DNA of 64,000 nt from the NCBI GenBank assembly GCA_015057005.1, contig SVFF01000003.1, positions 8,972 through 72,971 of the forward strand, in the 5' to 3' direction. The DNA comes from Lachnospiraceae bacterium. Lineage in GTDB: Bacteria > Bacillota > Clostridia > Lachnospirales > Lachnospiraceae. The notes below the pieces were generated by a model. The model was not told the origin of the DNA, ran no database searches, and worked only from the letters and a program-made list of their open reading frames with translations. The position numbers were made by a program, and so were the translations under genes. Positions 9,901 through 20,900 of the stretch are shown here, piece by piece. Position 1 is the first letter of the stretch. Each line of letters starts with the position of its first letter.

Positions 9901-12900
9901 ATGTAACGGTTACCGACGGATATGTTTCTGTCACAGAAGGAGGCAGCATCACCTCCGAGACCGGCTCTGTAAAGATCAACAGCGACTGTGAGGCGGTATT
10001 CGCAAACGGAACACTGGCAATCTCTGCTGCTAAGACCATTCAGATCACCTCCACCGGTACGATTGCTATGATTCAGGGCAGCGGCAGCCTGAGCCTGAAT
10101 GCGACCGAGGGCATTGCCCTGAACTCTGCGGCCAACCGTGTGCTGTCCCTGTCCGGCGATTTCACTGCAACCACCGATGGCACCTTTACCACCAACGGCT
10201 ATATCATCGTGGCTAAAGCGGCGAATATCACTGCCAAGGGCGATGTAACGGTTACCGACGGATATGTTTCTGTCACAGAAGGAGGCAGTATCACCTCCGA
10301 GACCGGCTCTGTAAAGATCAACAGCGACTGTGAGACGGTATTCGCAAACGGAACACTGGCAGTCTCTGCTGCTAAGACCATTCAGATCACCTCCACCGGT
10401 ACGGTTGCTATGATTCAGGGCGGCGGCAGCCTGAGCCTGAATGCGACCGAGGGCATCACCCTGAGTTCTGAGATAAACCGTGCTATGTCCTTGTCCGGCG
10501 ATTTCACCGCAACCACCGACGGCACATTTGCTGCCAACGGCTATATCTTGGCTAAAACGGTGAATATTACAGCCAATGATGATGTTACCGTAACCAACGG
10601 TTATGTAAGTGACGGTGACAGTACGGCAGTCAGCAGCATTGTCTCCGAGACCGGCAGCGTGACGATCGTATCGGATACATACAATACACTGAATGTTCTT
10701 GGCACAATTGAAGTGACTGCAGAGAATATTCTGATCGAGTCCAAGGCATCCGGTGGTTCAGGCAGCAATACAATCGTCAGCTCCGGTAACGTGACGCTCA
10801 CTGCTGATGAGAATATCACCGTCAAGAGTGCAGCCGATTGGGCGGTTTCCAGTAAGAGCTTTAAGGCAACCGTTACCAATGGTGACTTTATTACCAATGG
10901 TTATATTAACTGCAATAGCAGTGTCGACATCACTGCCAAGGGCGATGTGACCGTGACCAATGGTTGGGTGGGTGTCAATGAAAATACGGTAGACAGCAGT
11001 ATCGTTTCCGACACCGGCAGCGTGACGATCGTATCGAATACCTACAATACACTGAATGTTCTTGGCACAATTGAAGTGACCGCAGAGAATATTCTGATCG
11101 AGTCCAAGGCATCCGGTGGTTCCGGCACCAATACAATCGTCAGCTCCGGTATTGTGACTCTGACTGCTGATGAGAATATCACCGTCAAGAGTGCAGCTAA
11201 TTGGGCGGTTTCCAGTAAGAGCTTTAAGGCAACCGTTACCAATGGTGACTTTATTGCCAATGGATATATTAACTGTAATAGCGGTGTCGACATTAAGGCC
11301 AAGGGCGATGTGACTGTTACTAACGGTTATGTAAGTGACAATGAAAGTACTGCAGTCAGCAGCATCGTCTCCGAGACCGGTAAAGTAAGCATCACTGGTT
11401 ATGATTATTCGGCGTTGATCGCATACGGTACATTTGATGTGACAGCCGCCACTACGATTTATCTGGAATCCGGTCCGGAAACCGGTTCCAATGCCATCAC
11501 CGGTAATGGCGATGTGACCCTGACGGCTCCCGATGGCATCACCATCCACAGCCCCAAGAACTATGCGGTTTACGCTAAGAGCTTTACCGCAACGGTTGCC
11601 AATGGTGACTTTACCGCCAATGGCTATATTGTGGGCCGAAACGGTGTCAACATCACTGCCAAGGGCGATGTAATCGTGACCAACGGTTATGTAAGTGACA
11701 ATGAAAGTACGGCAGTCAGCAGCATCGTCTCCGAGACCGGTAAAGTAAGCATCACTGGTTATGATTATTCGGCGTTGATCGCATACGGTACATTTGATGT
11801 GGCAGCCGCCACTACGATTTATCTGGAATCCGGTTCAGAGTCAACCAGTAATACGGTTACCGGTTATGGCAATGTGACCATGACGGCTCCCGATGGCATC
11901 ACCATCCACAGCCCCAAGAACTATGCGGTTTACGGCAAGAGCTTTACCGCAACGGTTGCCAATGGTGACTTTACCGCCAATGGCTATATTTACGGCCGAA
12001 ACGGTGTCAACATCAAGGCCAAGGGCGATGTGGTTGTTACTAACGGTTATGTAAGTGACAATGAAAGTACGGCAGTCAGCAGCATCGTCTCCGAGACCGG
12101 TAAAGTAAGCATCACTGGTTATGATTATTCGGCGTTGATCGCATACGGTACATTTGATGTGACAGCCGCCACTACGATTTATCTGGAATCCGGTCCGGAA
12201 ACCGGTTCCAATGCCATCACCGGTAATGGCGATGTGACCCTGACGGCTCCCGATGGCATCACCATCCACAGCCCCAAGAACTATGCGGTTTACGCTAAGA
12301 GCTTTACCGCAACGGTTGCCAATGGTGACTTTACCGCCAATGGCTATATTGTGGGCCGAAACGGTGTCAACATCACTGCCAAGGGCGATGTAATCGTGAC
12401 CAACGGTTATGTAAGTGACAATGAAAGTACGGCAGTCAGCAGCATCGTCTCCGAGACCGGTAAAGTAAGCATCACTGGTTATGATTATTCGGCGTTGATC
12501 GCATACGGTACATTTGATGTGGCAGCCGCCACTACGATTTATCTGGAATCCGGTTCAGAGTCAACCAGTAATACGGTTACCGGTTATGGCAATGTGACCA
12601 TGACGGCTCCCGATGGCATCACCATCCACAGCCCCAAGAACTATGCGGTTTACGGCAAGAGCTTTACCGCAACGGTTGCCAATGGTGACTTTACCGCCAA
12701 TGGCTATATTTACGGCCGAAACGGTGTCAATATCACTGCCAAGGGCGATGTGGTTGTAACAAACGGTTATGTAAGTGACAATGAAAGTACGGCAGTCAGC
12801 AGCATCGTCTCCGAGACCGGCAAGGTAAGCATCACTGGCTATGATTCTTCGGCGTTGATTACATACGGTGCTTTTGATGTGACCGCCGCCACTACGATTT

Positions 12901-15900
12901 ATCTGGAATCCGGTCCGGAAACAGGTGCCAATACCATCTCCGGTAATGGCAATGTGACCCTGACTGCCCCCAACAGCATTGTCCTGAATTCCACATCCGG
13001 CTATGCGCTGAATGCGAATGTTCTGATCACGGGCGATGAAGTGCTTCTGATCGGCGCTCCTGTGGGTGCAAGTGACACGGTTATTACCTATCAGCAGATC
13101 GACGGCAAGGCCTATGCCGTCTACGCAGGCGATTCTGAGGACGCACTGACCGTCATTGACCACGAGGCTGCCGGTGAGCAGTATCAGGGCTTTGGCGATG
13201 CCAATGTGATGAAGTTTGTGCAGGCGGACTATGTCTCCACTCAGGATGTCAAGAAGCTGGAACTGGAACTGGCAGACTTCGATACAGATAATTTGGCAAA
13301 TTCCGTTACCGGCAAGGTCACCTCCACCGGCGCGGCCCTCCGTTCCGGCGGCTACGAAAGAGGTATCCTGGTTCTGACGGATGAGGAAGGCACGCCCGCG
13401 GTGGTTCTCAGGGATGATCGCATGTCTGCCAACACCGCGTACTGGGTCAGATTCCAGATCAGGGCAGCCGACGGCTACAGCCTGAAGAATATCACCGCCG
13501 CGGATGTCACCCTAAAGGGCTACACAGGCGTAACGCCCGTGCTGACCTATAACGAAGCAACGGAAGTTCTGATTGTGGACTTCCTGATGCCCGAGTTAAA
13601 GCCCGTGGTTTATGTGGGTGGCGTTCTGGTGCGCGATGGCAACTACCTGGATGAATCCGGTGAGCTCTATACCACCGCCCTCACCGATAACTACGCCTAC
13701 TATGAGGACGGCGTTCTGACCCTGCACAACTACGATTACTCCGGCGCGGGTTATGAATTTGTAACGGGTTATTCCGCAGCCATTTATTCCCAATACGATC
13801 TGGAGATCGTTCTGGATGCCGCCACTGCGAACACGCTGGAAGCAACCGGCAAGTACGGCATTTGCGTCAATAACCGTGTGGACAGAACAGTCAAGACGAC
13901 GATCCGGGGTACCGGTACCCTGGAAATCAACGCAGCAGGCGATGGCGTGTATGCCTACGGTGACCTGACCGTCAATAACGCAGACCTGACCATCAATTCC
14001 GGCAATTATGCACTGAATGTTTCCGGTACTGCGGATATTGAGAACAGTTCTCTGACCATTGATGCGGACAACTTTGGTATCTATGCCATGACTTCCATAG
14101 ATATCTCCAATGCAGCTTCCAATCTGGTTGATATCACCAGCGGAACCTACCCGGTTTACGCAAACGACAATGCTGTAACACTCAGCGGCGGTAAATATAA
14201 CCTGAAGAGTGTTGACCTTGAGGAAGGTGTCCTCTACCACAGCCTGTTTGCCGGCAAGGATGTTTCGATTTCCAATGCGGATGTGGTGATTGAAGGCGCA
14301 GTAAACGGTATTTATACCTATGGTACGGTGGAATTGCAGAACAGTTCTGTGAAGATCGATGCTAAGGAAGATGGTATCTCCGGTACCGGTGCAGTAAGCG
14401 TAAACGGCGGCTCTCTGGACATCACTTCTGATTCCTTTGGTGTTTTTTCGGATGGTGATATTACCATCCAGGATGCGGAACTGGACATCACCGCGGATGA
14501 TGGCGCTATCGTCAGCCATGAAAATGTTACGCTCGCACTGATCGACTGCGATGCCATCATCAATGGCGATAGCTTTGCGCTGAATGCTTATTACGGCAAG
14601 ATCTATATGGAAAATACCAGTGCCACATTCAATACCGCCTATGGTATTCTGGCAAACGAGGTGGAACTGAAGGGTACACCTGACACGATTGTGGAGATCA
14701 ATTCTACAAAAGAACACGGTATTTCTTCCAAAACCGATATCGTTATCGCAGGTGGTACCTGGAATGTCAGTACGCTGGGATATGATGCCATCGGCGCCCC
14801 TAATGGTGTTACCATCACCGACGCGGTGGTAACCGCGGTGGGTGCAAAGAATGGTATTTCTCAATACTATGGCGATATTGCGATTTACAACAGTTCCGTT
14901 ACCGCAAAGTCCACTGCTACCAGCAGTGACAGCTCCTATTCCGCAATCATGCTGTATAACAGCGGTAAGCTGATAATTGGTGACAGCCTGATCGTCAAGG
15001 CATCCACTGAACCCGACGGCACTCTGGGCGCATACGACGCTGCCAAGTTGAGCGATTACGACTACATTTCCATCACACCTCCCTGCATCCATAAGTGGGA
15101 TTCCGGTGTGATCACCACTCAGCCCGGTTGTGAGACCGAAGGTGTGAAGACCTACACCTGTGAAAACGGTTGCGGCGATACCTATACGGAAACCATTGCA
15201 TCTCTGTGGCACAATTGGGACGAGAATAATATCTGTACCCGCTGCGGTGTAAAGAGAAACCATGAGATTGAGCCTTTCGACATGGCCTTTACCTCTCTGA
15301 CACCTGCGGTTACGGAGGCACAGCTGGCAGCAGGCGAGGCGACTATCACCTCCAATGAGGCCATCAACTTCCAGTTTACTTACGAACCGCTGCCCGGCTG
15401 GATGCGTGACGAAGGCTATTCCCTGGGATTCGGTATTGTTGTTTACCAGGATGGCGTTTGGGTTGAAAATTCTGAGGGAACAGAGCACACCCTGAACAAA
15501 ATCGGCCAGTACGATGTTATTCTGAGACAGCGCCTGGTCAACAAAAATGGTGAGCCGATTGAACTCAAAGACTTCACTTACCACGTTACCATCGAGAGTC
15601 CGTATGCGCTTGCCTTCACATCTGTGACGCCTTCTGTCACCGATGCGCAGCTGAGTAGCGGCGAGGCTGCCATCACTGTCTCCGGTCCCACCACCTTCGA
15701 GTTTGCGTATGCACCGCTGCCCCAGTGGATGACCAACGGCGGTTACAAGATCGCATGCGAAGTTATGGCCTACCAGGACGGCGTCATCAAAACCGGTGAG
15801 GAGGATAACAGCCTTGAACTGGCTACCTTTGGCGAATTCGATATTGTTCTGCGCCAGACCCTGCTGGATTACAATAACCAGCAGCTGGATCAGCTGGAAT

Positions 15901-17897
15901 TCACTTACCACACTACGTTCGAGAATTCCTATGAACTGAAGTTCAAGACCATGACACCTTCTGTCACGGCAGCTGACCTTGCCGCAGGTAAGACAGAGCT
16001 TGGCGTGATTCCTTCCGGAACCAAGTTCGGATTTACATTTGAAGCACCTCCGGAATGGATTACGGACGGTTCTACCAACTATGCAGGCCAGGTCGAAGCA
16101 ATCGTTTATGATTACATGGATGGCGTATTGGTGAATGAAGTTTGGGGTCATCCCGGCACCAACGCTGTGGAATATGAATGTCTGGCCGGCGGCGATCATG
16201 TGATCGTTATGGAACTGCGGCTTGTCAACATCTGGAATCAGAAGATTGACAGCATTACCCATACCTACAACTGCACCATCATTGCATCCCCGGCTACCGG
16301 CATTGAAATCAATAAGGACAATTTGCTGATGAGTGTGGGCGATACGGAAACGCTGAGTGCAGAAATTACGCCTGCGGCTGCAGATCCGGATGTGCTCTGG
16401 AGCTCTGACAACACTGCGGTCGCAACTGTTGATGCAGGTGGTGAGGTGACCGCGGTCGCCTCCGGTACCGCCATCATCACCGCTACCGATGTCAACGGCT
16501 TCGTATCCGATACCTGTATCGTCTCCGTTTCCGGCGGCAGCATCTATGTGGACGGCGTTGCACTGGAGCCCGGTCAGTATCTGTTCCAGGGCGCAAGACT
16601 TGCTACCACCACCAAGCCGGCAGACAATTACGTCTACTACGGTGAAAACAGCGACGGCGATATGCAGCTGACCCTGCACAATTACACCCATACCGGTAGC
16701 GGTTATTGGGCAGACTTCGATGGAAGCGTGTCCTGTATGGCAATCTATGCTCCGGAATTCGTTGTTCTGAAGCTGGAGGGCATCAGCAGTATTGCTATGG
16801 ATAGCTCCGACTGGACTTACGGTGTATACCTTGCCAGCGGCAGCGAGGTGATCGGTGATGGTACGCTGGATATTCAGAACGCTATGTACGGTATTTACGG
16901 CGAGAGCGGCCTGAGTTTCGAAAGCGGCAGCATCACTGTCGACGCAGCAGAATACGGTATTTTTGCCGATGGCTCTGTCACCTTCTGCGGTGCGGATGTG
17001 GATGTGAAAGCAACCACCAGTGCACTGGAGTATATGTCCGGTGACTGCCAGATTACGGCCGGTGACCTGGGCTTCTACGCAGCAAATGGTCGTGCAATTT
17101 CTACTACCTCCGGCGATCTGACCATTTCCGGCGGCAGCGTCAGTGTTGTATCTGACAGCCAGCTTGATGCCAGAAGCGCAATCTACAATTACAACGGTAT
17201 CGTTACAGTAAGCGGCGGCGCATTGTACGCTGAGGCATTCAAAGCTGCGATCCTGATCACGGGCGATGATGGAAAACTGGCCGTCACCGGCGGTGAGTTG
17301 TTGGCAAAGAGTGACACCAGAGCCATCGACATTTCTGGAACCTTTACATATGGTTCCGCACTTAAGGTAATCAGTTCTACCAAGTCCGACGGCGCCAACC
17401 CCGAAACCTTTGACGCAGCCAAGGTAGATACTTACAAATATGTCTGCATTGGAGCAGCACCGGAAGAGAACGATATTACGGTTACTCCGGTTGGCGAAAT
17501 CGACTACACCGTGGATGGCAATGAAGTCACTGTAGAACACGAAGCAGCTTGCAAGGTAGGTTACCTGAACGAAGATGGTAAGTATGTTGCTGTGGAAGGA
17601 GCCAAGAACGAAGATGGCAGCTACAGCTTTGAAGTGCCAGAGGGAGTTACTGAAGTGACGGTTGTGGTTGCTGGAGATGCAACTACTGGGGATGGAAAAG
17701 TAGATTCTGCAGATGCGACCCTGCTTGCAAGAAGTGTACTTCCTAGTACACATCCTGCATATCTGGAATTGACTCCTGAACAATTCTTTGCTCTGGACAT
17801 CAATGGAGATGGAAAAATAGACTCTGCAGATACAACTCTACTTTCTCGTAGCATTCTGCCGGATACACATGGAGCGTATAAACCACTTGATTGGTAA
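6999..17897 (+). CDS. giant secreted adhesin-like protein: InlB B-repeats, beta-helix modules, Big_2, C-terminal X-module and dockerin
   Basis: AAAGGAGG RBS and a Sec signal peptide. Four Flg_new/InlB B-repeats (F-GWYTEDG--YDF--PV), four capped beta-helix blocks (Y-DG-LTLHNY), Big_2 (WSSDNTAVATVDAGGEVTAVASG), and dockerin GDATTGDGKVDSAD…DINGDGKIDSAD. Confidence 0.9.
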   Translation: MKKRILSLLLAFVMIIGMIPTNSFTVYATEWTETEQAATTESEETTPPTTEAPVEEEKTPPSTEAPKEETTSVNVKTTVVQDTAALAETTYDVYVGGVGMANGTYLANNATATRPDKPSVGYAYYQDGVLTLHNYSLSSNGGYMYDSAGYYALIYADKDLKIVLEGENILKQTMPDSDGIYFRLNGEVSGDGTLAVSGDPDYGYTYYGIAAEVGNLTVNAATVTVSDFTIALYSDQGNVTINGGYTDASAIQYAIYAREGSVYITDGELTAKSATDDDFAHQYCAIKGAGGVSYANHLIVKGALRDDGQLGAYGENLQNSYDLIVVKNYPILLGVKTTGGMVGESEEGGIVFFDSCESVFSRECSEETTWTVSELRTESGELNTQPVVGETYYFDITVNGENINFSGVSAMNCDVKLDFYDVAFVKATNGAVHATITFSATRKLTHDVVFYFGESPISGRTIEDGQLVTKPEDPGQEGVHFLGWYTEDGELYDFDVPVTENINLYAVFGHYVNFWFEGDEYPIFGQEIEDGQTATKPADPGKESYVFKGWYTEDGQPYDFSTPVKADLNLYAKFAKIHTVTFYLGESSTATQDIEDGKTVSEPEDPYQEGKVFKGWYTEDNQLYDFSTPVTGDLNLHAKFVKSHTVTLMFGDSAVGWLTAEDGKPVVKPEDPAQEGKIFVGWYTEDGMPYDFTKPVTQDINLIATYTEVAVDGVLLVDGWYLPSGSTTPTKTKPSGGYAYYKDGALTLSGYTNTGAGYHYITAGSANYAAIYSTTDLNIVLADGTTNKISISGASGVYRGIVAEGALTITGNGAIQITAPNGAIVADSIDATCGAFTANGYISANTIDMEANGDVIVTNGYITCTAGTSTIVSKSGNVKITGSAQVLNLNGSMDITAADTIQITSTGTVAMIQGGGNLSLNAAEGITLSSEINRAMSLSGDFTATTDGTFVADGYINVKTIDIEAKGDVTVTDGYVSVTEGGSITSETGSVKINSDCEAVFANGTLAISAAKTIQITSTGTIAMIQGSGSLSLNATEGIALNSAANRVLSLSGDFTATTDGTFTTNGYIIVAKAANITAKGDVTVTDGYVSVTEGGSITSETGSVKINSDCETVFANGTLAVSAAKTIQITSTGTVAMIQGGGSLSLNATEGITLSSEINRAMSLSGDFTATTDGTFAANGYILAKTVNITANDDVTVTNGYVSDGDSTAVSSIVSETGSVTIVSDTYNTLNVLGTIEVTAENILIESKASGGSGSNTIVSSGNVTLTADENITVKSAADWAVSSKSFKATVTNGDFITNGYINCNSSVDITAKGDVTVTNGWVGVNENTVDSSIVSDTGSVTIVSNTYNTLNVLGTIEVTAENILIESKASGGSGTNTIVSSGIVTLTADENITVKSAANWAVSSKSFKATVTNGDFIANGYINCNSGVDIKAKGDVTVTNGYVSDNESTAVSSIVSETGKVSITGYDYSALIAYGTFDVTAATTIYLESGPETGSNAITGNGDVTLTAPDGITIHSPKNYAVYAKSFTATVANGDFTANGYIVGRNGVNITAKGDVIVTNGYVSDNESTAVSSIVSETGKVSITGYDYSALIAYGTFDVAAATTIYLESGSESTSNTVTGYGNVTMTAPDGITIHSPKNYAVYGKSFTATVANGDFTANGYIYGRNGVNIKAKGDVVVTNGYVSDNESTAVSSIVSETGKVSITGYDYSALIAYGTFDVTAATTIYLESGPETGSNAITGNGDVTLTAPDGITIHSPKNYAVYAKSFTATVANGDFTANGYIVGRNGVNITAKGDVIVTNGYVSDNESTAVSSIVSETGKVSITGYDYSALIAYGTFDVAAATTIYLESGSESTSNTVTGYGNVTMTAPDGITIHSPKNYAVYGKSFTATVANGDFTANGYIYGRNGVNITAKGDVVVTNGYVSDNESTAVSSIVSETGKVSITGYDSSALITYGAFDVTAATTIYLESGPETGANTISGNGNVTLTAPNSIVLNSTSGYALNANVLITGDEVLLIGAPVGASDTVITYQQIDGKAYAVYAGDSEDALTVIDHEAAGEQYQGFGDANVMKFVQADYVSTQDVKKLELELADFDTDNLANSVTGKVTSTGAALRSGGYERGILVLTDEEGTPAVVLRDDRMSANTAYWVRFQIRAADGYSLKNITAADVTLKGYTGVTPVLTYNEATEVLIVDFLMPELKPVVYVGGVLVRDGNYLDESGELYTTALTDNYAYYEDGVLTLHNYDYSGAGYEFVTGYSAAIYSQYDLEIVLDAATANTLEATGKYGICVNNRVDRTVKTTIRGTGTLEINAAGDGVYAYGDLTVNNADLTINSGNYALNVSGTADIENSSLTIDADNFGIYAMTSIDISNAASNLVDITSGTYPVYANDNAVTLSGGKYNLKSVDLEEGVLYHSLFAGKDVSISNADVVIEGAVNGIYTYGTVELQNSSVKIDAKEDGISGTGAVSVNGGSLDITSDSFGVFSDGDITIQDAELDITADDGAIVSHENVTLALIDCDAIINGDSFALNAYYGKIYMENTSATFNTAYGILANEVELKGTPDTIVEINSTKEHGISSKTDIVIAGGTWNVSTLGYDAIGAPNGVTITDAVVTAVGAKNGISQYYGDIAIYNSSVTAKSTATSSDSSYSAIMLYNSGKLIIGDSLIVKASTEPDGTLGAYDAAKLSDYDYISITPPCIHKWDSGVITTQPGCETEGVKTYTCENGCGDTYTETIASLWHNWDENNICTRCGVKRNHEIEPFDMAFTSLTPAVTEAQLAAGEATITSNEAINFQFTYEPLPGWMRDEGYSLGFGIVVYQDGVWVENSEGTEHTLNKIGQYDVILRQRLVNKNGEPIELKDFTYHVTIESPYALAFTSVTPSVTDAQLSSGEAAITVSGPTTFEFAYAPLPQWMTNGGYKIACEVMAYQDGVIKTGEEDNSLELATFGEFDIVLRQTLLDYNNQQLDQLEFTYHTTFENSYELKFKTMTPSVTAADLAAGKTELGVIPSGTKFGFTFEAPPEWITDGSTNYAGQVEAIVYDYMDGVLVNEVWGHPGTNAVEYECLAGGDHVIVMELRLVNIWNQKIDSITHTYNCTIIASPATGIEINKDNLLMSVGDTETLSAEITPAAADPDVLWSSDNTAVATVDAGGEVTAVASGTAIITATDVNGFVSDTCIVSVSGGSIYVDGVALEPGQYLFQGARLATTTKPADNYVYYGENSDGDMQLTLHNYTHTGSGYWADFDGSVSCMAIYAPEFVVLKLEGISSIAMDSSDWTYGVYLASGSEVIGDGTLDIQNAMYGIYGESGLSFESGSITVDAAEYGIFADGSVTFCGADVDVKATTSALEYMSGDCQITAGDLGFYAANGRAISTTSGDLTISGGSVSVVSDSQLDARSAIYNYNGIVTVSGGALYAEAFKAAILITGDDGKLAVTGGELLAKSDTRAIDISGTFTYGSALKVISSTKSDGANPETFDAAKVDTYKYVCIGAAPEENDITVTPVGEIDYTVDGNEVTVEHEAACKVGYLNEDGKYVAVEGAKNEDGSYSFEVPEGVTEVTVVVAGDATTGDGKVDSADATLLARSVLPSTHPAYLELTPEQFFALDINGDGKIDSADTTLLSRSILPDTHGAYKPLDW
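8330..9115 (+). repeat. four tandem InlB B-repeat/Flg_new units (~66 aa)
   Basis: Repeated KPEDP-QEG--F-GWYTEDG--YDF--PVT-D-NL-A-F. Confidence 0.85.
9890..12960 (+). repeat. intragenic tandem repeats: 342-bp pair, 363-bp pair, five 360-bp units alternating A/B
   Basis: gccaagggcgatgtaacgg at 9891 and 10233; ccggcagcgtgacgatc at 10651 and 11014; atgaaagtac at 11341, 11701, 12061, 12421 and 12781. Confidence 0.92.
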
Positions 17898-17910
17898 ATG
17901 CAAATAATGA
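17645..17910 (+). repeat. dockerin cassette copy 1 (identical to 31084-31349)
   Basis: Reading both copies shows 266 identical bp at offset 13439, with diverged homology on both flanks. Confidence 0.92.
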
Positions 17911-17950
17911 ATGCAGTTGTATGAGCATAAAAATGCTCATACAACTGCAT
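17911..17950 (+). promoter_or_regulatory. perfect 18-bp intergenic stem-loop without U-tail (putative mRNA stabiliser or processing site)
   Basis: atgcagttgtatgagcat-aaaa-atgctcatacaactgcat, directly followed by the next RBS. Confidence 0.65.
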
Positions 17951-17970
17951 AAAAGGAAGGAAATTAAAGA

Positions 17971-20900
17971 ATGAAGAAAAATATTCAAAGATTATTATCG
18001 GTAGTGTTATCTTTGATATTGATATTCAGCAATATTAATATGTCAGTATTAGCTGCCGATTTTGGTAAATTTAAGGCGGAGGGGTGTACGGTTGAACTGG
18101 ATGGTACAAATCCGGGAACAGCTACAGTGGCACTTGTTGCAACCTCTAATGAATCCATTTTCGGAATAGAAGGTTATTGGGATCTGACGGAAACTGAAGG
18201 TTCAAACGAATTGAAATTGAACGGCCTTGCTTCGGAGGTAATTACATTTGCGGGTGGTCTGAACAGCTATGCGGATGTGCCTACAGGTCATGTGCAATGG
18301 TTAGATACTTCATTTTCTAATCCTGCAAAGGTAAGTAATGGTACTAAGCTTCTGACAGCGACGTATACCATACCTGCTGATACTCCTGCAGGAGATTATA
18401 CAGTGCGTTTTCAGTGCACGGTACTTACAGATTCAACTTATAACCCAGATACAACAGAAACTTATTTCACAGCTAAAATAACTGTTAAAGGACCTGCTGC
18501 GCATGTTTGTTCCGGCACTAAGGTTACTGGTCAGGCTGCTACCTGTACAGTTGACGGTTGGAACGATTACTACAAGTGTACTGATGATACTTGTGGTAAG
18601 CTTTACAGCGATGAAGGTCTGACTCAGCTGATTACTGACCTCGAAGAGTGGAAGAATGGCAAAGGTAAAATTGCTGCCGGTCACGACTACAAATTTGTAG
18701 AAGAAGTACCTGCCAAGCATACAGCAGAAGAACTGAAAGAAGGTATGAATGCCCACTTTTTTTGCTCTGCCTGTAATACTTATTTTGATAGCAGCAAGGT
18801 TGCTACGACGAAAGAAGCGTTGACGGTCAAAGCTTCACACAGCTATACAATCGAGAACGGATATAAGGAAGCAGATGGACATGCGGACACTTGCTCTTGC
18901 GGAGCCCATGATACGGTTAAAGTCCATACACCGAATGTGGAAAATACAAGTGAAGCGGATCAGGTTTGTAGCGTCTGTGGTTATGTGATCGCGGAGCATA
19001 AGTGTAATGCAAACCTGACCAAGGTGGATGCAACCTCAGCTGGTTGTACCACAGATGGAAATAAAGAGTATTATAAGTGTGCTTGCGGAAAATATTATAA
19101 GGATGATTCTGCAGCAGTGGAGATCCCGGATCTGGATAGCTGGAAGGCAAATGACGGTAAGATTCCGGCAGGTCATACTTATGGAGAACTGATTGAAGAA
19201 CAGGGAGTGGTTCATACTACCAGCGAACTGAAGGATGGTATGAAAGCCCATTACTTTTGTTCTGCCTGTAATACTTATTTTGATAGCAGTAAGGTTGCTA
19301 CGACGAAAGAAGCACTGACCATTAAGGCTGAGCACAGCCATAATCAAAAAATCTCTGATGCAGCGCATCTTGTAGCAGGAACCGGTACAGACTGCCAAGA
19401 TGCAAAAGAATACTATTACGACTGTAGTTACGAAGATTGTGAGAATATAGGTACGGCAAGTTGGGTAAGCAGCGAGAAGGGTGCCCATAAGCTGGCAACC
19501 ACTTATACCCAGGAAAACAACCAGCACTTCCATAAGTGTACGGTAGATGGTTGTACTTATACCGACACCAAGACGGATTGTTCCGGTGGCACCGCAACCT
19601 GTCAGACAAAGGCAGTATGTAGCACCTGTGGAAACAGCTATGGCACAGTGGCAGGACATGATTTTGGAGATGATTGGGAATACAAAGAAGCTGATGGTCA
19701 TGCACATGTATGCCAGACCAGCGGCTGTACGGAACACGACACTGTGATCGGACATACACCGGACATTTCCGCACCTACCGAAACCCAGGATCAGAAATGT
19801 GAGGTTTGTGGATACGTGATCGCAGCAGCGACCGGCCATATCCATCAGAACCATCTGACCAAGGTAAAGGCGGAAGAAGCAAAATGTACAGAAAACGGTA
19901 ACATCGAATACTATACCTGTTCTTGCGGTAAGTGGTTCAGTGATGCGACTGCTACCGTAGAGATCATCAACAAAGACAGTGTTGTAATCGATAAACTGGG
20001 CCATGATTATACGGAACAGATCAAAGATACCGCTCATATGAAGAGCGAAGCAACCAAGTGTACCGAAAAGGATACCTATTGGTACGATTGTAGCAGATGT
20101 GACAGCAATGCGAAGAATGATCTCGAAGCAGCCGATAAGTTCTGGACCAGCACAGATGCAGGTGATCACAACTTCGATGAAAAGATCGAAGACGCTGCTC
20201 ACTTTGTAAATGGAACCGGAGCCGATTGTCAGGATGCAAAGGAATACTACTTCGATTGTGCATACTGTGATGAGATGGGAACTACAAGCTGGGCAAGTGA
20301 TTCTTACGGCGACCATAAGCTGGCAAGCACCTATACTCAGGAGAACGACCAGCACTTCCACGAGTGTACGGTAGATGGTTGTACTTATACCGACACCAAG
20401 ACGGATTGTTCCGGCGGCACCGCAACCTGTCAGGCAAAGGCAGTATGTAGCACCTGCGGAAACAGCTATGGAAAACTGGGCGACCACAACTTTAGTGAGA
20501 AACTGACAGATGCAGCTCACCTCGTAAGCGGAAGCGGAGCGAACTGTCAGGATAAGAAAGAGTATTATTACGATTGTATCCTTTGTGATACCAAGGGAAC
20601 TACTACCTGGGAGAGCGACAGCTATGGCGAACATAGTTACACCCAGCAGATCGCAGATGCGGACCACCTTGTAGCAGGAACCGGAATGGATTGCCAGGAT
20701 GCAAAAGAATACTATTATGATTGTGCATACTGCGACAGCAAGGGAACTACAAGCTGGGTAAGCAGCGAGAAGGGTGCCCATAAGCTGGCAACCACTTATA
20801 CCCAGGAAAACAACCAGCACTTCCATAAGTGTACGGTAGATGGTTGTACTTATACCGACACCAAGACGGATTGTTCCGGCGGCACCGCAACCTGTCAGAC

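Noticed and set aside
9890-12960. CRISPR array
   Set aside because: Repeats are 342-363 bp in-frame coding units without unique spacers; no cas genes or short repeat-spacer arrays were seen.
13596-17783. 1395-aa minus-strand ORF (also 19036-21966, 7947-9275 and other long antisense ORFs)
   Set aside because: They lie wholly opposite well-formed genes and have no motifs; explained by codon bias and repeats on the sense strand.
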